A stretch of 45,720 bases of DNA from an uncultured Sphingomonadaceae bacterium (GCA_964247375.1 CAXTUG010000001.1:13077-58796); one strand, 5' to 3'. Shown: positions 1 through 9,568, numbered from the stretch's first letter. Made by a program: numbers and translations. Notes: generated by a model not told the origin, from the letters alone.

Positions 1-1117
1 GGGGCATCTCCTGATTGCCGGTCATGGTCGTATTGACCTGGAATTCGCCGCCCAGTTTGTTGCCCTGCGCGTTGAAGATCTGGGTCTTGATCCCGAAGCC
101 GCTGACGTCGGCGACGAGGTTGCTGTTGTCCCGCCAACTGACCGCAAAGCCTCCGCCCGGCAGGCCGGTTACCACCGGCTGGTCCTGTGCGTTCAGCAAC
201 GTCGTGTTGACGAGGAATTCGCTGCCGACCGCGGCACCATTCGCGTCAAACACCTGGCCTTTGACGCATGAAGGGCTCGGGTCGCCTTGGCCGCTCTGAT
301 CGCGCCATACGATCACGAAACCGCCGGAGGACAGGCTGGCGATGCTGGGGCTGTCCTGCGTGGACAGGATCGCCGTGTTGACGAGGAACTCGCCGCCGAC
401 TTTGCCACCGCTGGCTGAGAAGAGCTGCGCTTTGATGCTCGTGCCCGAGGCGTCGCCGCCCAGTGCGCTGTTGTCCGTCCAAGTCGCGACGAAACCGCCG
501 GAGGCAAGGCTGGCGATCGCCGGGGAAAGCTGGCTGCTCAGGATCGTCGTGTTGACCAGGAACTCGCCGCCCAGCTTCACGCCGCTCGCGCTGTAGATCT
601 GCGCGCGGACGCCGGTGCCCTTGGCATCAGGCGCGGTTCCGCTGGCATCGACCCAGGTTGCCACGAAGCCGCCGGAGGCGAGCGCCGTGATCGCTGGGCC
701 CGCTTGGCTGAGCTTGGTCGTCGTGTTGACGAGAAATTCGCTGCCCACCTTGGCGCCGCTCGCGTCGAATATCTGCGCCTTGACGCCCGAATTGTCGGGA
801 TCGGCACCCATTGCGCTGTTGTCCGTCCAGCTTACGACGAAGCCGCCGGAAGCGAGCGCGGTCACGGCTGCCTCCTGCTGCCCACCGCTCGTTGCGGTGT
901 TGACCAGGAATTCGCTCCCGATCGCCTGTCCGCCAGCGTCAAACAGCTGCGCCTTGACCGATGTGCCGCTCGCATCTCCGCCGAGCCCGCTGTAATCCGT
1001 CCAGCACAGGACGAAACCGCCAGACGAGAGCGCAGCGACAGTAGGATCGGTCTGAAGCCCGGCGGTCGTCGTGTTTACGCGAAACTCGCCGCCGCCCGCA
1101 TACGCGCCGTTTGCCAT
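1..1117 (-). CDS. Repetitive surface/secreted protein, N-terminal part (runs off the window's left edge); tandem ~58-aa repeats
   Basis: Absent from the ORF track because there is no stop in the window. Manual translation from ATG 1117 gives MANGAYAGGGEFRVNTTTAGLQTDPTVAALSSGGFVLCWTD..., open to base 1. The motif EFxVNT...GGFVxxWxD...KAQxF recurs with EF codons at about 1082, 908, 734, 560, 386, 215 and 41. Confidence 0.88.
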   Translation of the reverse strand, partial: MANGAYAGGGEFRVNTTTAGLQTDPTVAALSSGGFVLCWTDYSGLGGDASGTSVKAQLFDAGGQAIGSEFLVNTATSGGQQEAAVTALASGGFVVSWTDNSAMGADPDNSGVKAQIFDASGAKVGSEFLVNTTTKLSQAGPAITALASGGFVATWVDASGTAPDAKGTGVRAQIYSASGVKLGGEFLVNTTILSSQLSPAIASLASGGFVATWTDNSALGGDASGTSIKAQLFSASGGKVGGEFLVNTAILSTQDSPSIASLSSGGFVIVWRDQSGQGDPSPSCVKGQVFDANGAAVGSEFLVNTTLLNAQDQPVVTGLPGGGFAVSWRDNSNLVADVSGFGIKTQIFNAQGNKLGGEFQVNTTMTGNQEMP

Positions 1118-1289
1118 GAGGCCCCCCAGCCAAAATTTCCAAAGCTCCGGAGGTAAGCAGAAACTTGGATGGGCATAATAAGCCGGTCGTGCGCCGCGCG
1201 CACACGCAATTAGTAGCTAGAACATAGGGGCAGGAAAGTCCGAAAGCTAACTCGGACGAGGTATCGACCCTCGGATGCGACGTCTTCCG

Positions 1290-1466
1290 CTAGAAACGGC
1301 AGGTCGGTGAATGCAGCGTCATGTTCGCTGGAAGCAGTTTGGCCGCTGACCAGGGCGATATGCAGGTAAGGGAAAGGGGTGCAGCCTGATGCGACAGCGC
1401 CACGACAAGCGTAGCAATCGCCAATGCGAGGAAACTTCTCGCCAATGGTGCAATGGCAGAAGACAT
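1290..1466 (-). CDS. Small hypothetical protein (58 aa) with hydrophobic N-terminus
   Basis: AAGGAG ribosome-binding site 5 nt before ATG 1466. Translation MSSAIAPLARSFLALAIATLVVALSHQAA... has a signal/TM-like segment and two Cys. Co-oriented with the flanking genes. Confidence 0.5.
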   Translation of the reverse strand: MSSAIAPLARSFLALAIATLVVALSHQAAPLSLTCISPWSAAKLLPANMTLHSPTCRF

Positions 1467-1589
1467 GAAATCTCCTTGTCTCGCTCCGGCCGCCGCGGCC
1501 TGCGTCACCATCCGCCCGGAAGTGTAAATATCTAGTTACCGTCTTGTTCCGTTAGCCCGGTGCCCTGGAGCGCCGGGCCAACGCTGCCA

Positions 1590-2699
1590 TCAGGCAAAAA
1601 TGAAATCGGCTGACGAGAAACTGCTCGCGGACAGGCCGTGCGTCGTATCGGCGACACCTATGCTGAAATGCACGCCGGTGCTCGTCACGACATCCAACTG
1701 AACATCTCCGCTGGCGAGATCGTGAGCGTAGACCGAACCGGCTTTGCCGCCCGCCTGATAGCTTCTGATCCCCAACTTCTCGAGCACGATCCGGTCGACG
1801 CCGTCTTCGTAATCCTCGATGATGTCGCCACCGTCGAGCGCGCCCGCGCCCTTGAACACGAACCAGTCGGCGCCTGAATCACCCCAGAGCTTGTCGCTAC
1901 CGAGTTCACCAAAAATCGTGTCATTGCCCTCGTTGCCGTGGACGCTGTCATTACCGTTGCCGCCGAGGATGAAATCGTTTCCGCGGCCGCCGAAAACCAG
2001 GTCGTCGCCATCCTCGCCATTGACCGAGTCCGCGTCGTTGCCGCCGTCGAGATAATCGTTCCCTGCGCCGGCCTGAAGATTGTCCTGCCCGTCTCCGCCC
2101 TTAAGCGTGTCCCTGCCATCCTCGGTGACGAGAATGTCATTGCCGGTGCCGCCTTCGAGATAGTTGTTGCCGTCGCCGCCATCGACCCGATCGTCGCCAT
2201 TGCCGCCATAGACGTGGTCGTCGCCCGATTGGCCTTTCAGCTTGTCGTTGCCATCCTCCCCGTACAGATAGTCGTTTCCAGGACCGCCTGCGACACCCTC
2301 CGTCGTAAGCTTGCCGGTGGCAGGATTGATCTCGTTGAGAAACCCGTCGTCGCCGGAACCGGCATAAATGGTGTCATTGCCATATCCGCCGTCCAGATAG
2401 TCGCGACCGTCGCCGGCGTAGATCAGGTCGTCTCCGCCGTCCCCGAGAATTTGATCGTGGCCGTTGCCGCCTTCGATCCGGTCGGCATCGTCTCCGCCGG
2501 AGAAGATGTCGTTGCCCTCGCCGCCAATCAGCCAATCTTGGCCGGGCCCACCGTCCAGCTTGTCGTTCGCGTTGCCGCCGTCCAGCGTATCTGCGCCAGG
2601 GCCGCCCTTAAGAAAATCGTCGCCGTCGAACCCACGGGCAAGGTCGCCATCGATCGTCCCGTAAAACATATCAGCCAAATTCGTACCGGTATACAACAC
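1590..2699 (-). CDS. RTX (hemolysin-type) calcium-binding repeat protein, probable type I secretion substrate
   Basis: About 27 GGxGxDxL-type nonapeptides, no signal peptide, C-terminus ...SSADFIFA. GTG start preceded by GGAGAAGG. Confidence 0.92.
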   Translation of the reverse strand: MLYTGTNLADMFYGTIDGDLARGFDGDDFLKGGPGADTLDGGNANDKLDGGPGQDWLIGGEGNDIFSGGDDADRIEGGNGHDQILGDGGDDLIYAGDGRDYLDGGYGNDTIYAGSGDDGFLNEINPATGKLTTEGVAGGPGNDYLYGEDGNDKLKGQSGDDHVYGGNGDDRVDGGDGNNYLEGGTGNDILVTEDGRDTLKGGDGQDNLQAGAGNDYLDGGNDADSVNGEDGDDLVFGGRGNDFILGGNGNDSVHGNEGNDTIFGELGSDKLWGDSGADWFVFKGAGALDGGDIIEDYEDGVDRIVLEKLGIRSYQAGGKAGSVYAHDLASGDVQLDVVTSTGVHFSIGVADTTHGLSASSFSSADFIFA

Positions 2700-2845
2700 T
2701 TTACCTTCTCCCTCGCGCGCGAGGTGGCATAGGCGGGAGAAGTTTCGGAAGTATTGATGAGCCGGGCCGACGGGAAAATCAGCCCAAAAGTGGTACAGCC
2801 ATCATCCGCACGGATAGTGTAGGCAGAGCTGCGGCATAGCGGAGT

Positions 2846-3235
2846 TCAGAACTGCAACAGCAGAAAGCGAGCGAGCTGCTCTTCCTCCAGCTGCTCGATC
2901 ATCTCGCAGCCCAGCGCGTCGCGCGTGACCCAGACCACGCGTGCCGCCCTGCTCGTCTCCTCGTCGAGCTTCACGCTGATCTCACAGTTCACGCCTAGCA
3001 GAGATGCGTGCCTGGCGCTGAAGCCATTGAGCGAGATGTTCGTCAGAACGACGGGTATGATAGCGCCATCGGCGGTGACAAGCTCTACCGTTGCGCTAGG
3101 TCTGAACCGCTCGTCACGGCGCTGATCAATGCTCATTCCGTTCGACGATGCGACAGGAGCTTCTGGCGCCCGCTCGCAATCCGCCAACGCGCTTGATCCG
3201 AAATCTTGAGGATTTTCCAGAACATATTTAGACAT
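2846..3235 (-). CDS. PilZ domain protein (putative c-di-GMP receptor)
   Basis: RxxxR motif (QRRDERF) and (D/N)xSxxG motif (NISLNG), followed by ARVVW...GCE. Confidence 0.8.
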   Translation of the reverse strand: MSKYVLENPQDFGSSALADCERAPEAPVASSNGMSIDQRRDERFRPSATVELVTADGAIIPVVLTNISLNGFSARHASLLGVNCEISVKLDEETSRAARVVWVTRDALGCEMIEQLEEEQLARFLLLQF

Positions 3236-3325
3236 GACGTCGACTCGTCTTTAATCTAGCCCAAGTTGTTTAAGCAACTAAGTTAAAAAATCAAGCCAGA
3301 AAACGCGTGGGAAAAATCATCATGC

Positions 3326-5023
3326 TTAATTAGTTCGTAAGTAAAGAATTGCTTCGCGTTTTGCACGATCAGTTACTGGTTGCGGCATCTTTCTATAGTT
3401 TTGCATGGTTGCAAATGCGACGAGTGGAGCCTCCAGCTCGCCTTCCAGCCCTACTAGGACAGACGAGGGCGGTGTTCGGGCGAGAACCGCGCCCACGAGT
3501 GTGGGCGACGTTAGCCGACGATAGTGACTTGCATCTGTTCGGTGCAGGATATCACCCACCCGATACACGAAGGGGCCGCTCGCAAGCTCCGGATAGATCG
3601 GCAGCCCCGCTTCTAATGGATAGAGCGGCGCGAGCGTTGCGACAGGTCCGTGATCTCGTCCCGTCTCGCTCGCCAGCGCCTCGGCGTTGCGATGTACGGC
3701 AATACCGGTCCAGCTGCGCGGATGGACGAGGGCGCCGATACCGGAGCAGAGCTGCGGGCCGCCGGCAACTGCCGCGATCACCGTCAGCGTGAACACGAAC
3801 GGCGTTGCCTGGTCTCGTTCCGCACGGTCCAGCATGCCGTAGAGCAGAACTACCAGGACGATGCCGAAAACGATCGGCGGCGCGTAATATTGCGGGAAGG
3901 AGGGGGTCGGGATGAACGAGACCATGCAGCCGAGGACGACAAGGCCGGTCACGATCAGGACAGGCGCATTCGCCAGCGCGATCAGTGTGGCGCGCGGTCC
4001 TCTCCTGATGCCAATCAGGCAGAGCAGATAGCCGATGCCGAGCGGGATGCAGCCGCCGGCGCCCAGCAGCCATAATTGATGAGCCAACATGATTTTCTGG
4101 CCGGGGCCGACCGCAACCTCGTCGTTGCCGGCCCAGTATTCGACCTGCGCGACGCGATGGTAGCGGACGACGTGTGCCCAGAGATTAGCGGGATCTGACA
4201 GAAAGAAGATCAATGTCGGCAAACCGCCGAGCAGCGCGCCCGCCACGAACGGCAGGATCATCAGGCGGACGCGTTCGTGCACGGAGGCTGCGGTCGGTGC
4301 GAACAGCACGGCGCAGCCGAAGCAGGGCAGGAGAAAAACGTAGTTGATCTTGAAGCCGACCGCGGCCGCAACCGCGAAGCCGCTAGCCAGCAGGCAGCCT
4401 GCGCGCCGGCGATCCGCACCGGCGCGGGTGCCGAGCAGGAAGAAGTAGAGGCCGATCAGCGATCCCGCGACCGGCACGAAATTGTTCGTCACGGCCATGC
4501 CCGTGGGCCCGAGCAGTACTGGGTTGGTCACGTAAAGGGTCACCGCCAGGGCTGCGATCGGCATCGACGCCGTCATCAGCCGCGCGATGAGAATGATGGC
4601 CGCGCCACCCGCCAGCCAAACGGCAAAGAGCAGCAGCCTGCCCGCAAGCAGATAGTGATGCGTGCCGGTCAGGGAGAACAACGCGGACAGCAGTATCGGA
4701 AGGTTGGGAAGATGATTGTATCCGAAATCATAATATAGGCTCATCCGGCTGAACAGGATTCCCGCCGGGACGTAGAACTGCTCGTCATGGCGGAGCGGGA
4801 AGCTCATGATGCGGGTGAAGAGCCCGCAGGTCGCAAGCAGGCCAAGGACTGCAGCGAGGGAGATTGCGCGCGGTGTTGCCGTTTGGGCAGGCAGAGGGAA
4901 GGTCGGCAGGCGCTCCGACTGCGCCGTCATTGCGGCAACGGCGCCGACGAGATTCCCCTTAACGCCCGCTACCGGTCGCGAAGCCGTACCGCTATCGTCA
5001 CCGATCGAGAGCATGGATCGCAT
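3326..5023 (-). CDS. Polytopic membrane glycosyltransferase, GT-C fold (ArnT/GT39/DUF2029-like)
   Basis: Many TM segments; acidic motif RHDEQFY after the first TM, YNHLP loop, GFKINY and FPQYY motifs; soluble C-terminal tail. Start uncertain. Confidence 0.7.
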   Translation of the reverse strand: MRSMLSIGDDSGTASRPVAGVKGNLVGAVAAMTAQSERLPTFPLPAQTATPRAISLAAVLGLLATCGLFTRIMSFPLRHDEQFYVPAGILFSRMSLYYDFGYNHLPNLPILLSALFSLTGTHHYLLAGRLLLFAVWLAGGAAIILIARLMTASMPIAALAVTLYVTNPVLLGPTGMAVTNNFVPVAGSLIGLYFFLLGTRAGADRRRAGCLLASGFAVAAAVGFKINYVFLLPCFGCAVLFAPTAASVHERVRLMILPFVAGALLGGLPTLIFFLSDPANLWAHVVRYHRVAQVEYWAGNDEVAVGPGQKIMLAHQLWLLGAGGCIPLGIGYLLCLIGIRRGPRATLIALANAPVLIVTGLVVLGCMVSFIPTPSFPQYYAPPIVFGIVLVVLLYGMLDRAERDQATPFVFTLTVIAAVAGGPQLCSGIGALVHPRSWTGIAVHRNAEALASETGRDHGPVATLAPLYPLEAGLPIYPELASGPFVYRVGDILHRTDASHYRRLTSPTLVGAVLARTPPSSVLVGLEGELEAPLVAFATMQNYRKMPQPVTDRAKREAILYLRTN

Positions 5024-5452
5024 ACTGGAGCGTTTTGAAATCGGCGACTACTCGCAATGGTTGCCGTCGACAGGCTGCGAACGGCATTTGCCGGAGCTCG
5101 TCTCGAGTGATCTCCGACCGTGCCATCAACCTTCCTTCACGCAAAGCGGGCTGTGAATCTGCAGCCGATGGCGGCATCGTTCCGCCACCGGGCCGACCAT
5201 CCCGGAGAAGCATTCCGGAACGATGTATACGATCTCGCGATCTACCAAGCTCTCGTCACGGATATGCCGGACACAGCCGGATGAGACTGCAAGTTAGCAT
5301 GGGCAGGGCTGCGTAACGCGCGCTATTTTGAAGGGGGCCGCCTGGTCCAAATACCACGAATGATTGCCATGCGTTAACCACGGTGGAGTAGGGAGGACGC
5401 CAGATTCTGGCCTAGTCCCGGACGCGCTACTTGAACGTCCGGGGGTAGAATC

Positions 5453-6928
5453 ATGGCAACCGAATTCAAGATTGCAGAGGCGCCGCATCCGCGCGGCGAA
5501 GATCGTGAGATCCTCACGCTGGAGCAGAGCTTCGACCTGAGCAAGGCCGATGCCAACCGGCTCTATGCGCAGCATCTCAACCGCTACATGCTGCAGCTCT
5601 ACGACGTGCTCGGCCTCGCCGAGATGGACATACTCAGCGCTCAAGGCGCGGAGATTCAGCTCGGCGACGGGCGTCGTCTCCTGGACTTTCACACGGGGTT
5701 GGGGGTGGTCGGTCTGGGCCATAACCATCCGCGTATCATCGCCGCCGAACAGGCATGCCACGAGCGCCTCATACTGGATTGTATCAAGCTTGCGCCGCAC
5801 AAGCTGCAGGGCGCGCTCGCCTACAACCTGGCGCGCTTCCTGCCCGACCCGCTCGCCGTTTCCTTCTTCGCCGTTTCCGGCGCGGAAGCGAACGAGGCGG
5901 CGATGAAGCTCAGCGAGCGCGTCCAGACTCCCAAAGGCAAGCGCAAGTTCCTCTGCATGCGCGGCGCCTTCCACGGCAAGACGCACGGCGCATTGTCCCT
6001 CACCACCGCCACACCGGACGTCCAGGACGGCTTCCTGCTCGGCGTGCCGCGCGAGAACATCGTCTATGTCGAATATGGCAATATCGACGCGCTGCAGGAG
6101 GCGATTCGCAGCGAGAGCGACAGCCGGGGACGTAACCCGATCATCGCTGCGATCGTCGAGTCCATGCGCGGCACATCCTGCCAGGTGCTGCCGGACGGCT
6201 ACCTGCCGGCTTTTGCGCGTATCTGCCGCGAGAACGACATTCTCTCGATCTTCGATGAGGTGAAGGTCGGCATGGGGCGGACCGGCCGGTTCTGCGCGTT
6301 CCAGCACGAGGAAGTCGTTCCCGACATCGTGACGCTCGCCAAGACGCTTGGCGGCGGCAAGCGCGAAGTGGCGGCGATGGTCACGTCCCAGCGGCTGTTC
6401 GACAAGGCCTATGGCAACAAGCAGACCTGCAACCTGCACAGCTCCAGCTTCAGTGGTCTCGGTGAGAGCTGCGCGGTTGCGATCGAGACGCTGAACATCC
6501 TCAAGGACGAGAAGCTGATCGAGAACGCCGAGCGGATGGGAGGATATCTCTCCCGCCGCCTGCACGACCTCAAGGCCAAGCATCCCAAGCGGATCTTGGA
6601 CGTGCGCGGGCGCGGCCTGTTTCAGGCCATGCGGCTCAACTTCGGCCAGGAGCTTGCGACACGGCTCGTCGACATCTCGAAGAATCCGCTCTTCACGACT
6701 TACCAGACGGTGCTGATCGGCGCACTGGCCCGCGAGCTGTACGAGCGGCACGACATCTTGGTCCACTTCCAGCCGGGTGCGCGGGACATCATCCACTTCA
6801 TGCCGCCCTTCATCGTGCAGGAAGCGCAGATCGATCGCCTTATCGCTGCGCTCGACGAGACGCTGACCCGGGGCATCGCCGATGCTACCGTCAAGTTCGT
6901 CGCGAAGAATATCGCCCGTGTCTTCTAG
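5453..6928 (+). CDS. Class III PLP-dependent aminotransferase (ornithine/putrescine/HpnO-like family)
   Basis: Motifs LGHNHP, SGAEANEAAMK, AFHGKT, FDEVKVGMGRTG and PDIVTLAKTLGGG (PLP lysine). Confidence 0.92.
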   Translation: MATEFKIAEAPHPRGEDREILTLEQSFDLSKADANRLYAQHLNRYMLQLYDVLGLAEMDILSAQGAEIQLGDGRRLLDFHTGLGVVGLGHNHPRIIAAEQACHERLILDCIKLAPHKLQGALAYNLARFLPDPLAVSFFAVSGAEANEAAMKLSERVQTPKGKRKFLCMRGAFHGKTHGALSLTTATPDVQDGFLLGVPRENIVYVEYGNIDALQEAIRSESDSRGRNPIIAAIVESMRGTSCQVLPDGYLPAFARICRENDILSIFDEVKVGMGRTGRFCAFQHEEVVPDIVTLAKTLGGGKREVAAMVTSQRLFDKAYGNKQTCNLHSSSFSGLGESCAVAIETLNILKDEKLIENAERMGGYLSRRLHDLKAKHPKRILDVRGRGLFQAMRLNFGQELATRLVDISKNPLFTTYQTVLIGALARELYERHDILVHFQPGARDIIHFMPPFIVQEAQIDRLIAALDETLTRGIADATVKFVAKNIARVF

Positions 6929-8546
6929 CGCCTTCCCGGATGCCGCCGGCTTTAGGGCCGCCCGGAGTTGGGATACGACAACCCGGCCGAGTTCGACGCG
7001 TCCAGACGGCGCGCCAGCTCGTGGCGTGATGGCGGGCGCCGCCATCGCTGCGGCAATCGCCTTCGTGCTGGTGCTGGCCAGCACCCGCCACGGCATCGGC
7101 ATCCTGCCGGACAGCACGCGGTACATGGGGATGAACGACGTCCCCTATGACGCGCCGCTCTATGCTTGGCTGCTCATGCTGCTGAGCCACGCCGGCATCG
7201 GCATGGCCGCCGGCGCGAAGCTGCTCGGTCTCGTGCTCTCGGCGGCCAATGCCGCGCTGACCTGGTACCTGCTGGCGAGGACGACGGGCCGAACCTTTGC
7301 CGCTGCGATCGGTACCGGATTGATCGTGCTCTCACCCCAATTCGTCGATTTGCACTCGAGCGCACTCTCGGAGCCGCTGTTCCTGTTCTTCTTTCTCGCC
7401 ATCTACATTGCGTTCCTGAATTATCTCGAGAGCGAGCGGGTGGCGTGGCTGGTGATCGCCGCGCTCCTGACGGGACTCTGCTCGCTCGTCCGGTTTACGG
7501 CTCCGCCGATCGGGTTTGCACTGGCGGCGACGCTGCTTATCAGCCGTCGTCATCCCTGGCCGCGCCGTCTGCGGGACGCCGCAATACTCAGCCTGATTGC
7601 CGGTGGCCTGTTCGCCGGCTGGTGTGTTGCGAGCCAGTTGACCGCCGGCCAGTCGCTCGGCCGCGAGCTGAGCTTCCACGGCAACATGGGCGCGATGCAG
7701 TGGATGAAGAGTCTTGAGGCAATGGCCGCATGGCTGCTGCCGGATCAGGTGTCGCTGGCAGCCCGCGTCGGCATTCTGGCCACCGTCGCGATAGCAGGCG
7801 CCTACATTGTCGGGCGGACGTCGGGCATGGCCATCGCGCAGAGCCGATGGAGCAAGGTAGCCGAGCCGCTGCTGCCCATGGCGCTGGGTCTGTTCTTCCT
7901 CGCCTACGTGGCGTTCATGGTGCTCGCCACTTCGATCGAGGCCAATCTCTCGCTCACCGGCCGCTACGCCTTTCCGCTCTATGTCTCGGCGGTGCTGATG
8001 ATCTCGATCGCGGCGTCGATGCGCTTCGCGCCGGATGACCGGGTGCGACGCGTGATTACCGGGCTCGCCTGCCTCGCAATCATTGTTCTCTGCGGCCACC
8101 TGATCCGCACCGCCCTGCGGACGAAGCAGGACTTCCAGAACGGCAAGGGCTTCGCAGCGCCGAGCTGGACGGGATCGCCGACGCTCCGGCACGTGGCGGC
8201 GCTCCCGCCTCAAGCGACGATCTGGAGCAATGCACCCGACGCGGTCGCCTATGTCACCGGCCACAAGGCGCATTGGCTGCCCTGGCGTGTCATGCCCCGC
8301 ACCGGCCTTCCCGATCCCGCACATCCCTATGCGGCACAGGTGGAGCAGGTGCGGCAGAGCCTGCGAACGCACGAAGGGTATCTGGTATTCATGAGACATG
8401 TCGAGTGGCGGCCCTATCTCGCGACCGAAACGCGGCTCGTCAGCGACCTGAACCTGCAGCTGGTTGCGAACGAACCTGACGGACGGGTCTACGCCGCAGC
8501 TCTCCGGGATCGCACCAGTCGTCCGATCGGAAAGGAGAACCGGTGA
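6918..8546 (+). CDS. Polytopic membrane glycosyltransferase, GT-C fold (phospholipid-carrier-dependent)
   Basis: GILPDSTRY after TM1, APLY, LSEPLF, LVRF and GRY motifs; about 11-12 TMs plus a periplasmic tail. Start is GTG 6918 (overlapping the upstream stop) or ATG 7029. Confidence 0.75.
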   Translation: MSSSAFPDAAGFRAARSWDTTTRPSSTRPDGAPARGVMAGAAIAAAIAFVLVLASTRHGIGILPDSTRYMGMNDVPYDAPLYAWLLMLLSHAGIGMAAGAKLLGLVLSAANAALTWYLLARTTGRTFAAAIGTGLIVLSPQFVDLHSSALSEPLFLFFFLAIYIAFLNYLESERVAWLVIAALLTGLCSLVRFTAPPIGFALAATLLISRRHPWPRRLRDAAILSLIAGGLFAGWCVASQLTAGQSLGRELSFHGNMGAMQWMKSLEAMAAWLLPDQVSLAARVGILATVAIAGAYIVGRTSGMAIAQSRWSKVAEPLLPMALGLFFLAYVAFMVLATSIEANLSLTGRYAFPLYVSAVLMISIAASMRFAPDDRVRRVITGLACLAIIVLCGHLIRTALRTKQDFQNGKGFAAPSWTGSPTLRHVAALPPQATIWSNAPDAVAYVTGHKAHWLPWRVMPRTGLPDPAHPYAAQVEQVRQSLRTHEGYLVFMRHVEWRPYLATETRLVSDLNLQLVANEPDGRVYAAALRDRTSRPIGKENR

Positions 8547-9568
8547 TGGTAACCGACATCCTGGCTGGTCGCAGCGAGTCCGATGTCCGCACTGATCCGG
8601 ACGAGGGTCCGAAGCCCGCGGGCTTCCGGCAATATCTGGCGATCGCTCGCGTCGATCACATGACGAAGCACGTCTTCATCATTCCGGGGATCATTCTCGC
8701 CTATGTGCTGAGAGGGCCACCGAGCGGGTTCGTTCCGACGGAGCTGCTGTTCGGGCTGCTGAGCGCCGTCTGCATGGCCAGCGCGAACTACGTCATCAAC
8801 GAGTGGCTTGATCGCGAGTTCGACGCCTACCATCCCGAGAAATCGCGCCGGACGGCCTTACGCTGGCGATTGTCGCCGGCGATCATCTACCTGGAATATG
8901 CGTCGCTGATCGTCGCCGGGCTGCTGCTCGCCAGCCTGGTCAACGGATCGTTCCTCGTCGTAGCGGCGGTCTTCGCCTTGTCGGGCGTCCTCTACAATGT
9001 AGAGCCCGTCCGAACCAAGGACCGGGCCTATGTGGACGTCATCTCGGAGTCCGTGAACAATCCGATTCGGCTGACACTCGGCTGGACGATGATCGATGCC
9101 GCGACCCTTCCGCCGGCCAGTCTGCTGCTCGCCTATTGGGCTGCCGGCGCCTTTCTCATGGGCGCCAAGCGGCTTTCCGAATATCGCGACATCACCGCCC
9201 GTATCGGCATCGAGATGCTCGCGCGCTATCGACGGTCGTTCGCGCATTATTCGGCGGAGAACCTGATCGTCTCCTGCTTTCTCTATGCGATGATCTCGGC
9301 ATTCTTCCTCGCCGTGTTCCTGATCCGCTACCGGCTAGAATATCTCGTCGCGTTTCCGTTCATCGCCGGCTTGTTCGCGTCCTATCTGTGGCTCTCGCTG
9401 CTCTCCAACTCGATCGCCCAGCGTCCTGAGCGACTGTTTCGCTCGCGGCGTCTGATGCTGGCTTCGGGGCTTACGGTCGCCGTGCTGCTGGTGACGTCGT
9501 TCGTCGATCTGCCGGTGCTCAGCACGCTGTCTGCACCCAGCTTCGTACCGGTCGGCGCACACCGGTGA
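8543..9568 (+). CDS. UbiA-family prenyltransferase, decaprenyl-phosphate phosphoribosyltransferase-like
   Basis: ARVDHMTKHVF, YVINEWLDREFDAYHPEKSRR and AKRLSE motifs; multi-TM. GTGA overlap with the upstream gene and an AAGGAG RBS. Confidence 0.85.
   Translation: MMVTDILAGRSESDVRTDPDEGPKPAGFRQYLAIARVDHMTKHVFIIPGIILAYVLRGPPSGFVPTELLFGLLSAVCMASANYVINEWLDREFDAYHPEKSRRTALRWRLSPAIIYLEYASLIVAGLLLASLVNGSFLVVAAVFALSGVLYNVEPVRTKDRAYVDVISESVNNPIRLTLGWTMIDAATLPPASLLLAYWAAGAFLMGAKRLSEYRDITARIGIEMLARYRRSFAHYSAENLIVSCFLYAMISAFFLAVFLIRYRLEYLVAFPFIAGLFASYLWLSLLSNSIAQRPERLFRSRRLMLASGLTVAVLLVTSFVDLPVLSTLSAPSFVPVGAHR

Noticed and set aside
15-1156. Several short plus-strand ORFs with repeated LTRNS motifs, and a possible CRISPR-like periodicity
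   Set aside because: They are the antisense shadow of the minus-strand repeat protein. The period is 171-174 nt, in frame and degenerate at codon third positions, unlike CRISPR repeat-spacer structure.
3251-3286. CtrA binding box
   Set aside because: The TTAA half-sites are spaced by 15 and 9 nt, not the canonical 7.
5453-6928. Calling the aminotransferase hpnO or argD
   Set aside because: Only family-level similarity is visible and there are no hopanoid or arginine genes nearby.
5294-7126. 610-aa minus-strand ORF
   Set aside because: Antisense to a motif-complete aminotransferase, with no recognisable domain; long shadow ORFs are common in high-GC DNA.
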